A stretch of 64,000 nucleotides of DNA from an uncultured Ignavibacteria bacterium (GTDB lineage Bacteria; Bacteroidota; Ignavibacteria; SZUA-365): assembly GCA_913061095.1 (NCBI GenBank), contig CAJXVM010000022.1, positions 7,845 to 71,844 on the forward strand. The letters run 5' to 3'. Within the stretch, counting starts at the first letter, position 1. The number at the start of each line of letters is the position of its first letter. A program made the position numbers and the translations under genes. Below the pieces are notes generated by a model, which worked only from the letters and a program-made list of their open reading frames with translations, was not told where the DNA came from and searched no databases. Below are positions 7,472 through 17,100 of the stretch, piece by piece.

Positions 7472-8806
7472 ATGGCAGCCAAGAAAGAACGCATTACCAC
7501 GATCATCGTCGGCGCCGCCGGCCGTGATTTCCACAACTTCAACATGGTCTACCGCGACAACGACCTGTACAATGTTGTGGCCTTCACGGCGGCGCAGATT
7601 CCCGACATCGCCGGACGCAAGTATCCCGCCTCCCTCGCCGGCAAGCTCTACCCCAGAGGCATTCCCATCGTGGACGAAGCGGACCTCGAAAAACTGATCG
7701 TGAAGCATGACGTCCAGGAAGTCGTCTTTTCATACAGCGACGTTCCCTACGATCACGTGATGAGCATCGGCGCGCGCGCGACGGCAGCCGGTGCACATTT
7801 CAAAATCCTCAGTGCGAAAGACACCATGATTCCGAGCAAGAAGCCGGTCGTGTCGGTCACGGCAGTGCGCACGGGAAGCGGTAAAAGCCAGACCACGCGC
7901 AAGGTCGCGGATATTCTGCAGGAGATGGGCTTCAAGGTCGCGGCCATCCGCCACCCGATGCCCTACGGCGACCTCGCCAAGCAGAAAGTGCAGCGCTATG
8001 CATCCATCGCCGATCTGAAAAAGCACAAGTGCACGATCGAGGAGATGGAAGAGTACGAGCCGCACATCGTCAACGGCACGATCATCTACGCCGGCGTGGA
8101 CTACGAGGCCATTCTCGAGAAGGCCGAGAAGGAAGCCGACGTGATTCTGTGGGACGGCGGTAACAACGACATGCCGTTCTACAAACCTGACCTGAACATC
8201 GTCGTCGCGGATCCGCTGCGCGTCGGTGACGAACTCGAGTACTATCCCTCCGAAGCGAACCTGCGCATGGCCGACGTGGTTGTGATCAACAAGATCGACA
8301 GCGCCGATCCGATGATGGTGCTGCAGCTGCGTGAGAACATCCGCAACGTGAACCCGAAGGCGCGCATCGTGGATGCCGCGAGTCCGCTCATCGTCGAGCG
8401 CGGCGAGCAGATCACCGGCAAGCGCGTGCTGGTGGTCGAGGACGGTCCGACCCTCACCCACGGTGAGATGGACTTCGGCGCCGGTACCGTTGCGGCCGAA
8501 AAATACGGCGCCGCGGATCTGATCGACCCGCGTCCCTACGCCGTCGGCACGATCAAGAAGACCTTCGAGACCTATCCGGATATTGGCGTCCTGCTGCCGG
8601 CCATGGGCTACGGCGACCAGCAGATCAAGGATCTCACCGCGACGATCAACAAGGTGCCCTGCGACCTCGTGGTCATCGGCACCCCGATCGACCTGAAGCG
8701 CGTGGCCAAATTCAAGAAGAAAGCCGTGCGCGTGCAGTACGAGCTGCAGGAGATCGGCGAGCCCAGTCTGAAGACGCTGCTCGACGAGTTCACGCAGAAA
8801 CTCTGA
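7472..8806 (+). CDS. arcE: Arginine synthetase ArcE-like P-loop NTPase (COG2403; often annotated GTPase or cDPG synthetase-like)
   Basis: GAAGRDFHNFN, AVRTGSGKSQT, IRHPMPYGDL, CTIEEMEEYEP, WDGGNND, EDGPTLTHG, LPAMGYG; last gene of the argF-arcC-rocD operon. Confidence 0.8.
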   Translation: MAAKKERITTIIVGAAGRDFHNFNMVYRDNDLYNVVAFTAAQIPDIAGRKYPASLAGKLYPRGIPIVDEADLEKLIVKHDVQEVVFSYSDVPYDHVMSIGARATAAGAHFKILSAKDTMIPSKKPVVSVTAVRTGSGKSQTTRKVADILQEMGFKVAAIRHPMPYGDLAKQKVQRYASIADLKKHKCTIEEMEEYEPHIVNGTIIYAGVDYEAILEKAEKEADVILWDGGNNDMPFYKPDLNIVVADPLRVGDELEYYPSEANLRMADVVVINKIDSADPMMVLQLRENIRNVNPKARIVDAASPLIVERGEQITGKRVLVVEDGPTLTHGEMDFGAGTVAAEKYGAADLIDPRPYAVGTIKKTFETYPDIGVLLPAMGYGDQQIKDLTATINKVPCDLVVIGTPIDLKRVAKFKKKAVRVQYELQEIGEPSLKTLLDEFTQKL

Positions 8807-8828
8807 TCACCGCAACCAGCGATTACGA

Positions 8829-8858
8829 AACGGGCACGCTCCTCCGGGCGTGCCCGTT
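8829..8858 (+). terminator. Hairpin terminator of the arginine operon
   Basis: aacgggcacgc-loop-gcgtgcccgtt 22 bp after the stop; weak U tract. Confidence 0.65.
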
Positions 8859-8938
8859 CTCATTTCAGGGGCTGAACCATCCGGCTCCACATCCCGTTGA
8901 ATAGATATGGGAGTTGTTCAACAGACGAGGTGCCGAGC

Positions 8939-11080
8939 ATGACAGACAAGCACGAGCAGGAGCACGAGCACGATGCTCACGACACGTCATCCCGACTAGG
9001 CCGAAGCGAGGACGCTGGCAAAGAGAGTGGATATGCAGAGGCCGTATCGAGGGACGGCGGCCACGATCACGACGGCGGCCACGATCACGACGGCGGCCAC
9101 GATCACGACGGCGGCCAAGACCACCAGTCGCATCACGCGCACATGGCACGGGATTTCCGGCTGCGCTTTTTCATTTCGCTGGGACTGACGCTTCCCATCC
9201 TCTTCCTCGCGCCGATGATACGCGAGTTTCTCGGTCTCGGCGCGCTGACCTTCACGGGCGACCGCTACGTGCTGTTCGGTCTCTCCACCATCGTGTATTT
9301 CTACGGCGGCTGGCCCTTCCTGAAGGGACTCTACGACGAAATGCGCGAACTGAATCCGGGCATGATGACGCTCATCGGACTCGCGGTGACCGTGGCCTGG
9401 GTGTACAGCAGCGCCGTGGCGTTCGGACTCGAGGGACGCACCTTTTTCTGGGAGCTGGCGACGCTGATCGATATCATGCTGCTCGGTCACTGGATCGAAA
9501 TGCGATCGGTCATGGGCGCCTCCCGCGCGCTGGAAGAACTGGTCAAGCTCATGCCCTCCGAGGCGCATCGCATCACCGACGGCGGCGACACCGAGGATGT
9601 GCGCATCGATGAGCTCGAAAAAGGCGACGTCGTGCTGGTCAAGCCCGGTGAGAAAATTCCCGGCGACGGCAGCGTGGTCGAAGGACACAGCGCGGTGGAT
9701 GAGTCGATGATCACCGGAGAGTCCGTTCCCGTCGAAAAACAGGAAGATGACGACGTCATCGGCGGATCGGTCAACGGCGACTCCTCGCTGAAAGTGCGCA
9801 TCAGCAAAACCGGGGAGGATTCCTACCTGTCGCAGGTGGTCGAACTCGTGCGCAGTGCGCAGGAGAGCAAGTCGCGCGCCCAGTCGCTCGCCGACCGCGC
9901 CGCGAAATGGCTGACCATCATCGCGATCAGCGCGGGACTCATCACGCTGGCCGCCTGGTGGCTGGCCGCCGGCAGCACTTTCGTGTTCTCGCTCGAACGC
10001 ATGGTCACCGTGATGGTCATCACCTGTCCCCACGCGCTCGGACTCGCCGTGCCGCTGGTCGTCGCCGTGAGCACGGCGCTCTCGGCGCGCAACGGACTGC
10101 TGCTGCGCGACCGCCGCGGCTTCGAACGCGCCCGGGAAGTCAGCGCCATTCTCTTCGACAAGACCGGCACGCTCACCGAAGGCAGCTTTGGCGTTTCGAA
10201 TGTCGTGCTGTTCGATGACGGCATGGACCGCGACGAACTCATCCGCATCGCCGCGGCCGTGGAGTCGGAGAGCGAGCATCCCATCGCGCGCGCGATTGCC
10301 GAGGAAGCGGAAGAGCATCCGTCCGTGAAGGATTTCTCCGCCATTCCGGGCAAGGGCGCAAAGGGTGTGGTGGATGGAAAGGACGTGCTCGTCGTCAGCC
10401 GCGGTTACATGAAGGAGAACGACATCGCGTATGACGCCGACGCGGTCAGTGAGGATGCCGATGCCGGCAAGACACTGGCGTTTGTCGTTATCGACAACGA
10501 GGCGAAGGGCATGATCGCACTTGCCGACCGCATCCGCGAGGAGAGCCGGGAGGCCATCGCGAAACTGAAAAACATGGGCATCGAATGCCGCATGCTCACG
10601 GGCGACAACGAGAAAGTCGCCGAGTGGGTCGCCGGTGAACTGGAGCTCGATGAATTTTACGCGGACGTCCTTCCCGACGAGAAGGCGGACATCGTCAAGA
10701 AAGTGCAGGATGAAGGTCACGTGGTGGCGATGACGGGCGACGGTGTCAATGACGCGCCCGCGCTGGCCACCGCGGATGTCGGCATCGCCATTGGTTCGGG
10801 AACCGACGTCGCCGCCGAGACCGCGGATGTGATCCTCGTCAACAGCAGTCCGATGGATGTCGAGCGCGTGATCGCCTTCTCGAAGGCCACGCACAAAAAG
10901 ATGATTCAGAATCTTTTCTGGGCGACGGGATACAACGTCTTCGCAATCCCGCTCGCGGCCGGCGTGCTCGCGTGGACGGGCATCCTGCTGAGTCCAGCCG
11001 TGGGTGCGGTCCTGATGTCCATGAGCACCGTCATCGTCGCCATCAATGCGCGCTTCCTTTCCGTGGATGAATCGGAGTGA
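8939..11080 (+). CDS. copB: Copper-translocating P1B-3 ATPase (CopB-type) with His-rich N-terminus
   Basis: CPH motif (ITCPHALG), [21 protein letters not shown] and MSMST; His-rich N-terminus without CxxC. Confidence 0.9.
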   Translation: MTDKHEQEHEHDAHDTSSRLGRSEDAGKESGYAEAVSRDGGHDHDGGHDHDGGHDHDGGQDHQSHHAHMARDFRLRFFISLGLTLPILFLAPMIREFLGLGALTFTGDRYVLFGLSTIVYFYGGWPFLKGLYDEMRELNPGMMTLIGLAVTVAWVYSSAVAFGLEGRTFFWELATLIDIMLLGHWIEMRSVMGASRALEELVKLMPSEAHRITDGGDTEDVRIDELEKGDVVLVKPGEKIPGDGSVVEGHSAVDESMITGESVPVEKQEDDDVIGGSVNGDSSLKVRISKTGEDSYLSQVVELVRSAQESKSRAQSLADRAAKWLTIIAISAGLITLAAWWLAAGSTFVFSLERMVTVMVITCPHALGLAVPLVVAVSTALSARNGLLLRDRRGFERAREVSAILFDKTGTLTEGSFGVSNVVLFDDGMDRDELIRIAAAVESESEHPIARAIAEEAEEHPSVKDFSAIPGKGAKGVVDGKDVLVVSRGYMKENDIAYDADAVSEDADAGKTLAFVVIDNEAKGMIALADRIREESREAIAKLKNMGIECRMLTGDNEKVAEWVAGELELDEFYADVLPDEKADIVKKVQDEGHVVAMTGDGVNDAPALATADVGIAIGSGTDVAAETADVILVNSSPMDVERVIAFSKATHKKMIQNLFWATGYNVFAIPLAAGVLAWTGILLSPAVGAVLMSMSTVIVAINARFLSVDESE
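9053..9124 (+). repeat. In-frame 18-bp tandem repeat encoding (DGGHDH)x3 plus DGGQDH
   Basis: gacggcggccacgatcac x3 perfect, plus one variant. Confidence 0.95.
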
Positions 11081-11152
11081 ACTGCAGCAGCCGCTGACAT
11101 CGCCGATTAAAGAGTTACATCAGCGTGACAACATCAGCACTCGTGTCGATCA

Positions 11153-11204
11153 GCGTGAACCGCTGGCGTGAACCGTTGGCGTGAACCGCCGGCGTGAACC
11201 GCCA
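11153..11204. repeat. 13-bp tandem repeat x4 between convergent genes
   Basis: gcgtgaaccgctg/gcgtgaaccgttg/gcgtgaaccgccg/gcgtgaaccgcca. Confidence 0.9.
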
Positions 11205-11212
11205 GGTTGGCC

Positions 11213-13789
11213 TTACTCGGAAATCGACAGACCGATGAAGAAATCCGAGCGGCTGCCGAGATGGGTAAGGCGGTGGCCGATGTCGATGCGCATGATGCCG
11301 AAAAGACGGTCGATGGAAAGCCCGGCTTCGATCAGCGGACGCCGGGCCTCGCCGATCCCGCGCGTGAGCAGCGCGGACGTGCCCGGACGCATGCGCGTCC
11401 ATCCCGCCATGGCGAACAGGTGCAGCTCCCACATCTCTGCCGCGTAGAATTTCCCATCCGGCAGTCCCAGCCACAGCAGCGGGAGTCTCCCCACATTGTG
11501 ATCGAGCGCGAGGACGGCGCGCTCGTCACCGGCGAATTCCCCGATGCGTGAGGTGCGGAAACGCCAGGACGTCGAGACTCCGAACTCACTGCCGGGGAGG
11601 GTGAGGAGTCCCTGCACGGGCAGGTGACCGGTCGAGCGCGCCCAGGAGAGCTGATAGCTGGCCGTTCCGAACATGCCGAGGCCGATCGCGCCGGAGAGCG
11701 AGGCCTCAGGGATCCACACATCCCAGCGGCCGACGTCGAGATCCATGCGGCGGAATTCCGCGCCGAGCGAAGGGACGAAATGCGAGGGCTTCCTCTTCGG
11801 TCGCTTCACGCGGCCGGCATCCAGCGTGCGCGAACGGAAATCCCCGCTGAGCGACAGCCGCGCCGAGAGCACGGCGCCATCCTGCACCGGGGCATTCTCG
11901 CGGTAGGCTCCGTCACCGAACAGCCGCCAGTCCGTGTGTTTTTCCGCCGATGCGAAATCCGTCCATCCCCCGCCCAGCTCCGTTTTCAGCCAGGGCAGGA
12001 CGTGGGTGCTGACATCCATCCCGCCGCCGCGGCGGTAGAAATAATCCCGTTCGTCATAACCGCCCATGATCGTCGCGGAGGTCGCCAGCGCCTCCCCGTA
12101 GAGCATGTCGTCGCGGTACAGCGGTGAGAGATCATGGTACGCATCGAGTGAGAGGAACAGCGCCTCGCGTCCCCCGAGCCGGAAGCGCGCCGAAGCGGAC
12201 GTCTTCAGGCGGCGGTCGAGGAAGCCGTAACCGAGTTCCGCGGCGTAACGCCGGACGATGCCGTCCTTGTTCTCGCTGGCATAGGGGATGGACGGCGCGA
12301 AGCCTTCCACGCGATTGAAGCGCAGTGCGTCGATGATGCCGGGGACATCCCAGAGCATGGATTCACGTTCGAATTGCTTTCCAGCGATAGCCGCTCTGGG
12401 TCCGTATTGCATTTTTTTCTGCGCCTCGATCGCGGCCATGCTGTCGGAGATGTGGTAGATTTCAGCATCCACCAATGAAGGCGGCTGCAGGCTGCGACGT
12501 TCCCAGTCCTCAGGCGAGATGTGATCCGCTTCGGGCAATACTTCAACGCGATAGTCGTCGAAGACGCTGTCTATGCCCGGGGGATTGATTTGATAGTCGG
12601 CGATGACCGAGGTGATTTCCATCGAGAGCCAGACCTCCATCCCCATCATATTGAGTTTCCCCTGCACATGCGCATGGCCAGTGCTCGGCAGCCAGTACCG
12701 TCGGTCGTACAGGCTGAATTGCTGGAGGAAACGGATATGGCTGGCAATGGGAAGCGCTCGTGCCCGCGCGGCCGGATTGAACTCCAGCTCCACCTGTGTG
12801 ACCGACCAGGTGGAATCCTCTATATAATAGTAGGCGGAAACGCCGGGCGTCATATCCGATTTCGGCAGCACACGGATGCGCCAGATGTCCTGCCGATCGC
12901 CTTCCGCAACCCCCGCGACACTGTACCAGTAGACATCCTCGAGTCCCTCTTCCGAAATCGGTCCGGGCAGCGCGTACTCGGCATTCCCCAGCCGGATTTC
13001 CTCCCGGGAAAAATCCGCACGCGCAAAAGCGCTGTGCATGCGGTTGCCAAGTTCGTTGAAGAGGTCGGACTGCTGCCGCGCATGAATGAGCACCTTGTGC
13101 CGATCGGGTCGCTGAAACCACGCCTCCGTCTGTGTTTCGGCGATGTCGAGAAAGGTCGCGCTGAGGCGGTTCACGAGCGCGGTATCCATGTTGCGCGTGC
13201 TGTCGATGCGCGAATACGCCTTGCTGTGCGCACGCATGTGATAGGATGTGAGTTCCCGCTCGCGCTCAATGCGCCGCTGTCGGGCGCGGCGGATGATGAG
13301 GCGCGCGAGGCTGTCGTCGGGCGTCACCGTTACTCCGGGCATGTCGAACGTCCGCGGCTGAAGGTTGAAATCGACACCGGTCATCTCGCCGTGCACGGTG
13401 AGGACGCGTGTGCCGGGACGGTAGCCGATGTAGCTGACGCGCAGGGTCCATGCGCCGGACGGCACGTGAAGGCGGAACGCGCCGTCGCGATTCGTCACCA
13501 CACCGGAGCCGTTTTCCTCAACGAGAATATGCGCGTGTGCCAGCGGTTCGCCGTCCTGCGCATCGCGCACCGTGCCGGTGATGGCCACTTCCTGTGTCTG
13601 TGCCGTGGGCGGGAAGATGAATCCCGCGGCAAAGAGGAGAAGAATCGCGGCGGGAAAAGGCTGACGCGGCAGGAGTCTCGGCAGCGGACGAAAAGGAAAC
13701 GTGGCGAAAAGACGTTGCAATGCGTGCAGGAGCAATGCCGCGAGAGGGAAACGGCCGGTGAAGCAGCGGCGAAGTGAGGATCGTGTCAT
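11213..13789 (-). CDS. Carboxypeptidase-regulatory-like domain + DUF5686 outer membrane protein
   Basis: ITGTVRDAQDGEPL...VSYIGY N-domain, RFNRVEG and GYGF motifs, beta-barrel-like C-terminus; start uncertain. Confidence 0.8.
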   Translation of the reverse strand: MTRSSLRRCFTGRFPLAALLLHALQRLFATFPFRPLPRLLPRQPFPAAILLLFAAGFIFPPTAQTQEVAITGTVRDAQDGEPLAHAHILVEENGSGVVTNRDGAFRLHVPSGAWTLRVSYIGYRPGTRVLTVHGEMTGVDFNLQPRTFDMPGVTVTPDDSLARLIIRRARQRRIERERELTSYHMRAHSKAYSRIDSTRNMDTALVNRLSATFLDIAETQTEAWFQRPDRHKVLIHARQQSDLFNELGNRMHSAFARADFSREEIRLGNAEYALPGPISEEGLEDVYWYSVAGVAEGDRQDIWRIRVLPKSDMTPGVSAYYYIEDSTWSVTQVELEFNPAARARALPIASHIRFLQQFSLYDRRYWLPSTGHAHVQGKLNMMGMEVWLSMEITSVIADYQINPPGIDSVFDDYRVEVLPEADHISPEDWERRSLQPPSLVDAEIYHISDSMAAIEAQKKMQYGPRAAIAGKQFERESMLWDVPGIIDALRFNRVEGFAPSIPYASENKDGIVRRYAAELGYGFLDRRLKTSASARFRLGGREALFLSLDAYHDLSPLYRDDMLYGEALATSATIMGGYDERDYFYRRGGGMDVSTHVLPWLKTELGGGWTDFASAEKHTDWRLFGDGAYRENAPVQDGAVLSARLSLSGDFRSRTLDAGRVKRPKRKPSHFVPSLGAEFRRMDLDVGRWDVWIPEASLSGAIGLGMFGTASYQLSWARSTGHLPVQGLLTLPGSEFGVSTSWRFRTSRIGEFAGDERAVLALDHNVGRLPLLWLGLPDGKFYAAEMWELHLFAMAGWTRMRPGTSALLTRGIGEARRPLIEAGLSIDRLFGIMRIDIGHRLTHLGSRSDFFIGLSISE

Positions 13790-13945
13790 GTCGAGACTCG
13801 GGCAAGAGTGGACAGACGGACGTCTGAATATCTAGCAATATTCGTGCCAGCGGGGAAACTACGGTTTTTCTCTGATATTCGTAAGGCCGGCCGCGGGAGA
13901 TGTATGGATTTTGGGACAGGGGGTGGTTCCATGAGAGGACAGATG

Positions 13946-14010
13946 GTAGCGCCGAGCCGCTTCGATTCGCCGAGCCGTTTCGATTCGCCGAGCCGTTGGC
14001 TCGGCGCTAC
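13946..14010. repeat. GTAG-type REP-like palindrome with internal 18-bp tandem duplication
   Basis: gtagcgccgagcc...ggctcggcgctac perfect 13-bp IR enclosing cgccgagccgYttcgatt x2.5. Confidence 0.75.
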
Positions 14011-14101
14011 GGGATGCAATTGTATGTGTTTCTGAAATTCTCCGTGAATCTCGCTATCTTGGGAATCCATACGCCATGTATCCCAGACCCGCGGAGTTCG
14101 C

Positions 14102-17100
14102 ATGAGAACCGTGTTCCGATCGACTGCTTCCCTTCTCATCGGCCTGATCTGCTCTTCCGTCATGTTTGCCCAGTCCACCTGGGAACAGCAGCCCACCGCG
14201 CTGCCGTCGAATCCCACCACCTTTGTGCAGGTGGGCGGACTCTGGGGCATCGCGATGACGGATACGGGTACGGGCTTCGCCGCGGGCTATGCCTCTGTGT
14301 CGAACGGCTTCTCGGGTGTGCTGCGCAAGCTGCCGGGAAATCCGACGTGGTTCGTGCTGCCGGCGTCGAGCTTCAGCGGACTCGCGGCGAGCCACAGCCT
14401 GTGGTCCGGCGTGAGCGCGGTCGGCACGCATGCGTGGGTCTGCGGTTCGAACGGCCGCCTGTACAGAACCACGGACAACGGCACCACCTGGAACGCCGCC
14501 ACGACGGGTATGACCGGAACGAACTCGCTGTTCGATGTCTTTTTCAAAAGCCAGACCGAGGGCATGGCGGTCGGCGACGACGGCACGATGTATTACACGT
14601 CGAACGGCGGCGCGAACTGGACAGCACAGACGCTGCCCGGCACCGTGCCCGCCACCACGCGCCTCTATGCCGTACACAGCGCGGGCGCGAACTGGTATGT
14701 CTCCGGTGCCGCGGGAACGTTCATGCGGGGAACGCCTGCGACATCCTCGACGAGCTGGGTGGATCTGAGCGCGAACCTCCCGGCGCTCGGCGACATCGAG
14801 GGCGTGCAATTCCTCGACAACCTGACCGGCACGGTGAGCGGCGCTACGGTCGGCGGCTCGGCCATCTATCGCACGACGAACGGCGGCAGCAGTTTCACGG
14901 CGATCGGCAGCGGACTGCCGACGGGACAGGATTACAAGACGCTGCACTTCTTCACCAGCGCACACGGGTGGACGGGCAACTCCTCCGGTCCGCTCTACGA
15001 AACCACGAACACCGGGCAGAACTGGAATTCCCGCAACACCACGACGCTGCCGAGCCAGAACCTCAGCGGATGGCTGACGCGCGTCGACTTCCCTTCGGCG
15101 GGCATCGGCTATGCCAGCGGCGGCGCGCCGGGCACGTCTTCGCTCGGCTGGATCCTTCGCTACGACACCCCCCTCGTGCCCGATATTTCAAGCACACCGA
15201 CGAGCCTCGACTTCGGTACGGTGGAGTGCGACACGACCACTACCGAGCAGTTTACGATCGAGAACACGGGCACGGCGAACCTGACGATTGCGTCCATCAC
15301 CTTCAGTGCACCGGAGTTCACGCTGGCATCCTCACTGCCAACGCCCATCCCCCCCTCCGGCGGGGCCACGATCTCGGTGCGATGGACACCCGCGCAGGCG
15401 GGATCCATCCCCCCGAACACGACGATGACCATCGCGAGCAACGATCCCTCGAACCCCACCTGGACGGTGGACCTGAGCGGCACCTATAATTTCGGGACCT
15501 TCGGGATCGGCACATCCTACAGCTTCAGCGACGCCTGCGTGGGCGACTCCTCGGATGTCGTCGTGAACGTGACGGTCACAGGCAACCTCTCTCCCGAGCT
15601 GATCAGCTTTCAGCATGTGAGCGGTGACGACAACGTCGAGCTCTCTTCACCCGCGCTGGGGACGACGATCTCGGGATCCACGCAGCTCGTCTTCCGCTTC
15701 AAGCCGTCGAGCGGCGGCGCGATGAACGGCGTGTATCGCCTCGTGTACGGGAATCCGTCCTGTCCGCGTTCGGTGGATATCACCTTCACCGGCACCGCGT
15801 ACAACGCGGCGCTGTCGCTGAATCCCCCCATCGTGGATTTCGGGGATGTCTGCGCCGGGGAGATAAAAACGCTCGAGGTGACCGTGACGAACAACGGCAC
15901 GACCGATGGCGTGATCAGTCTGCGGCAGTTCGCGGGCGGGAAGGACGCCTTTCCGAATATGCACCCGACGCCGTTCGGACCGATTCCGCCCGGGCAGAGC
16001 CGGCAGTACACGGTGCGCTTCGCGCCGGGCACGAATGACACGGGAAACATCGAAGGCATCTACCGGCTGATCGTCGATCCGTGCAAGGACACACTGATGC
16101 TGACGCTGCGCGGACGCGGTGTCAGTCCCGCGGTGAGTTTCATCCCCACGACTGTTCTGGCCATCGGTCCGACCGGCACGGGACAGATCATCGACGAACC
16201 GGTGCAGATCAACAATGACGGGAACAGTGCCGTTACCATCACATCCATCACACTGAATCCACCGCACCCGCGGCTGACGCTGCGGAACCTGCCGGTGCTT
16301 CCGCTTGTGCTGCCGGCCGGGCAGAGCACGTCCGTGACCGTGCGTTTCGCTCCCGACCGGCCGGAGCAGATCACCACGAAGCTCTGCGTTCACTGGAGCG
16401 ACCCGTGTGCAGACAGTTCCTGCCTCGCCGTGGGTGCGACCAGCGGCGAGTCGCCCGCCATCGCAGTGGACACGGTACATGACGTGGGGATTCAGCGCTG
16501 TGCGACCCCGCTTCTGGACACCCTGATGGTGTACAACACGGGCAAGGGCACGCTGACACTGCGCGGCTTTTCGCTGGGCGGCGCGAATCCCGCGCATTTC
16601 AGTGTCGTGTCGCCGTCGGTGCCGCATGCCGTCAATCCCGGCGATTCCGTCGCCGTGGTACTGTCGTATGACGCACCGGCGAACGGCAGCAGTTCCGCCG
16701 TACTGACGATCGAACACAACGATGCGAATGCAGGGCTGCTGACCGACGTCGCGCTCACCGGCGAGCGGCGCACCGTGCGGTTTGCGGTCGAGGGAGATAC
16801 GACAACGGCCTACGTCTCCTGTGCGCATGTCGGGAAAACCCGCACGCTGAGTATCCGCAATCAGGATCCGGATCCGCTGGAGATTCGGGATATCAGCGTG
16901 ATCGACGGCTCTGATGTTTTCCATGTCGCCAGCACACCGCTGCCCGCCTCGGTGCCGGGGGGATCGGCGCTGAGTTTCGAGGTCAATTTCACGCCCACGG
17001 GGAAAGGGATATTCACGGGAGTGCTGCGCATCACGGCGGGACCATGTCCCGACACGTACCTCGTGGCACTGCGTGGCGAGGGAAATATCACCGAGCTGTC

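Noticed and set aside
7472..8806. Cyclic 2,3-diphosphoglycerate synthetase call
   Set aside because: No 2-phosphoglycerate kinase nearby; motifs and arginine-catabolic context fit ArcE better (not confirmed by search)
3295..10894. Long minus-strand ORFs (415, 544, 632 aa) across the arginine operon and copB
   Set aside because: Antisense shadows with no recognisable motifs
13900..15489. 529-aa alternative-frame ORF over the giant gene
   Set aside because: Arg-rich off-frame reading with no motifs
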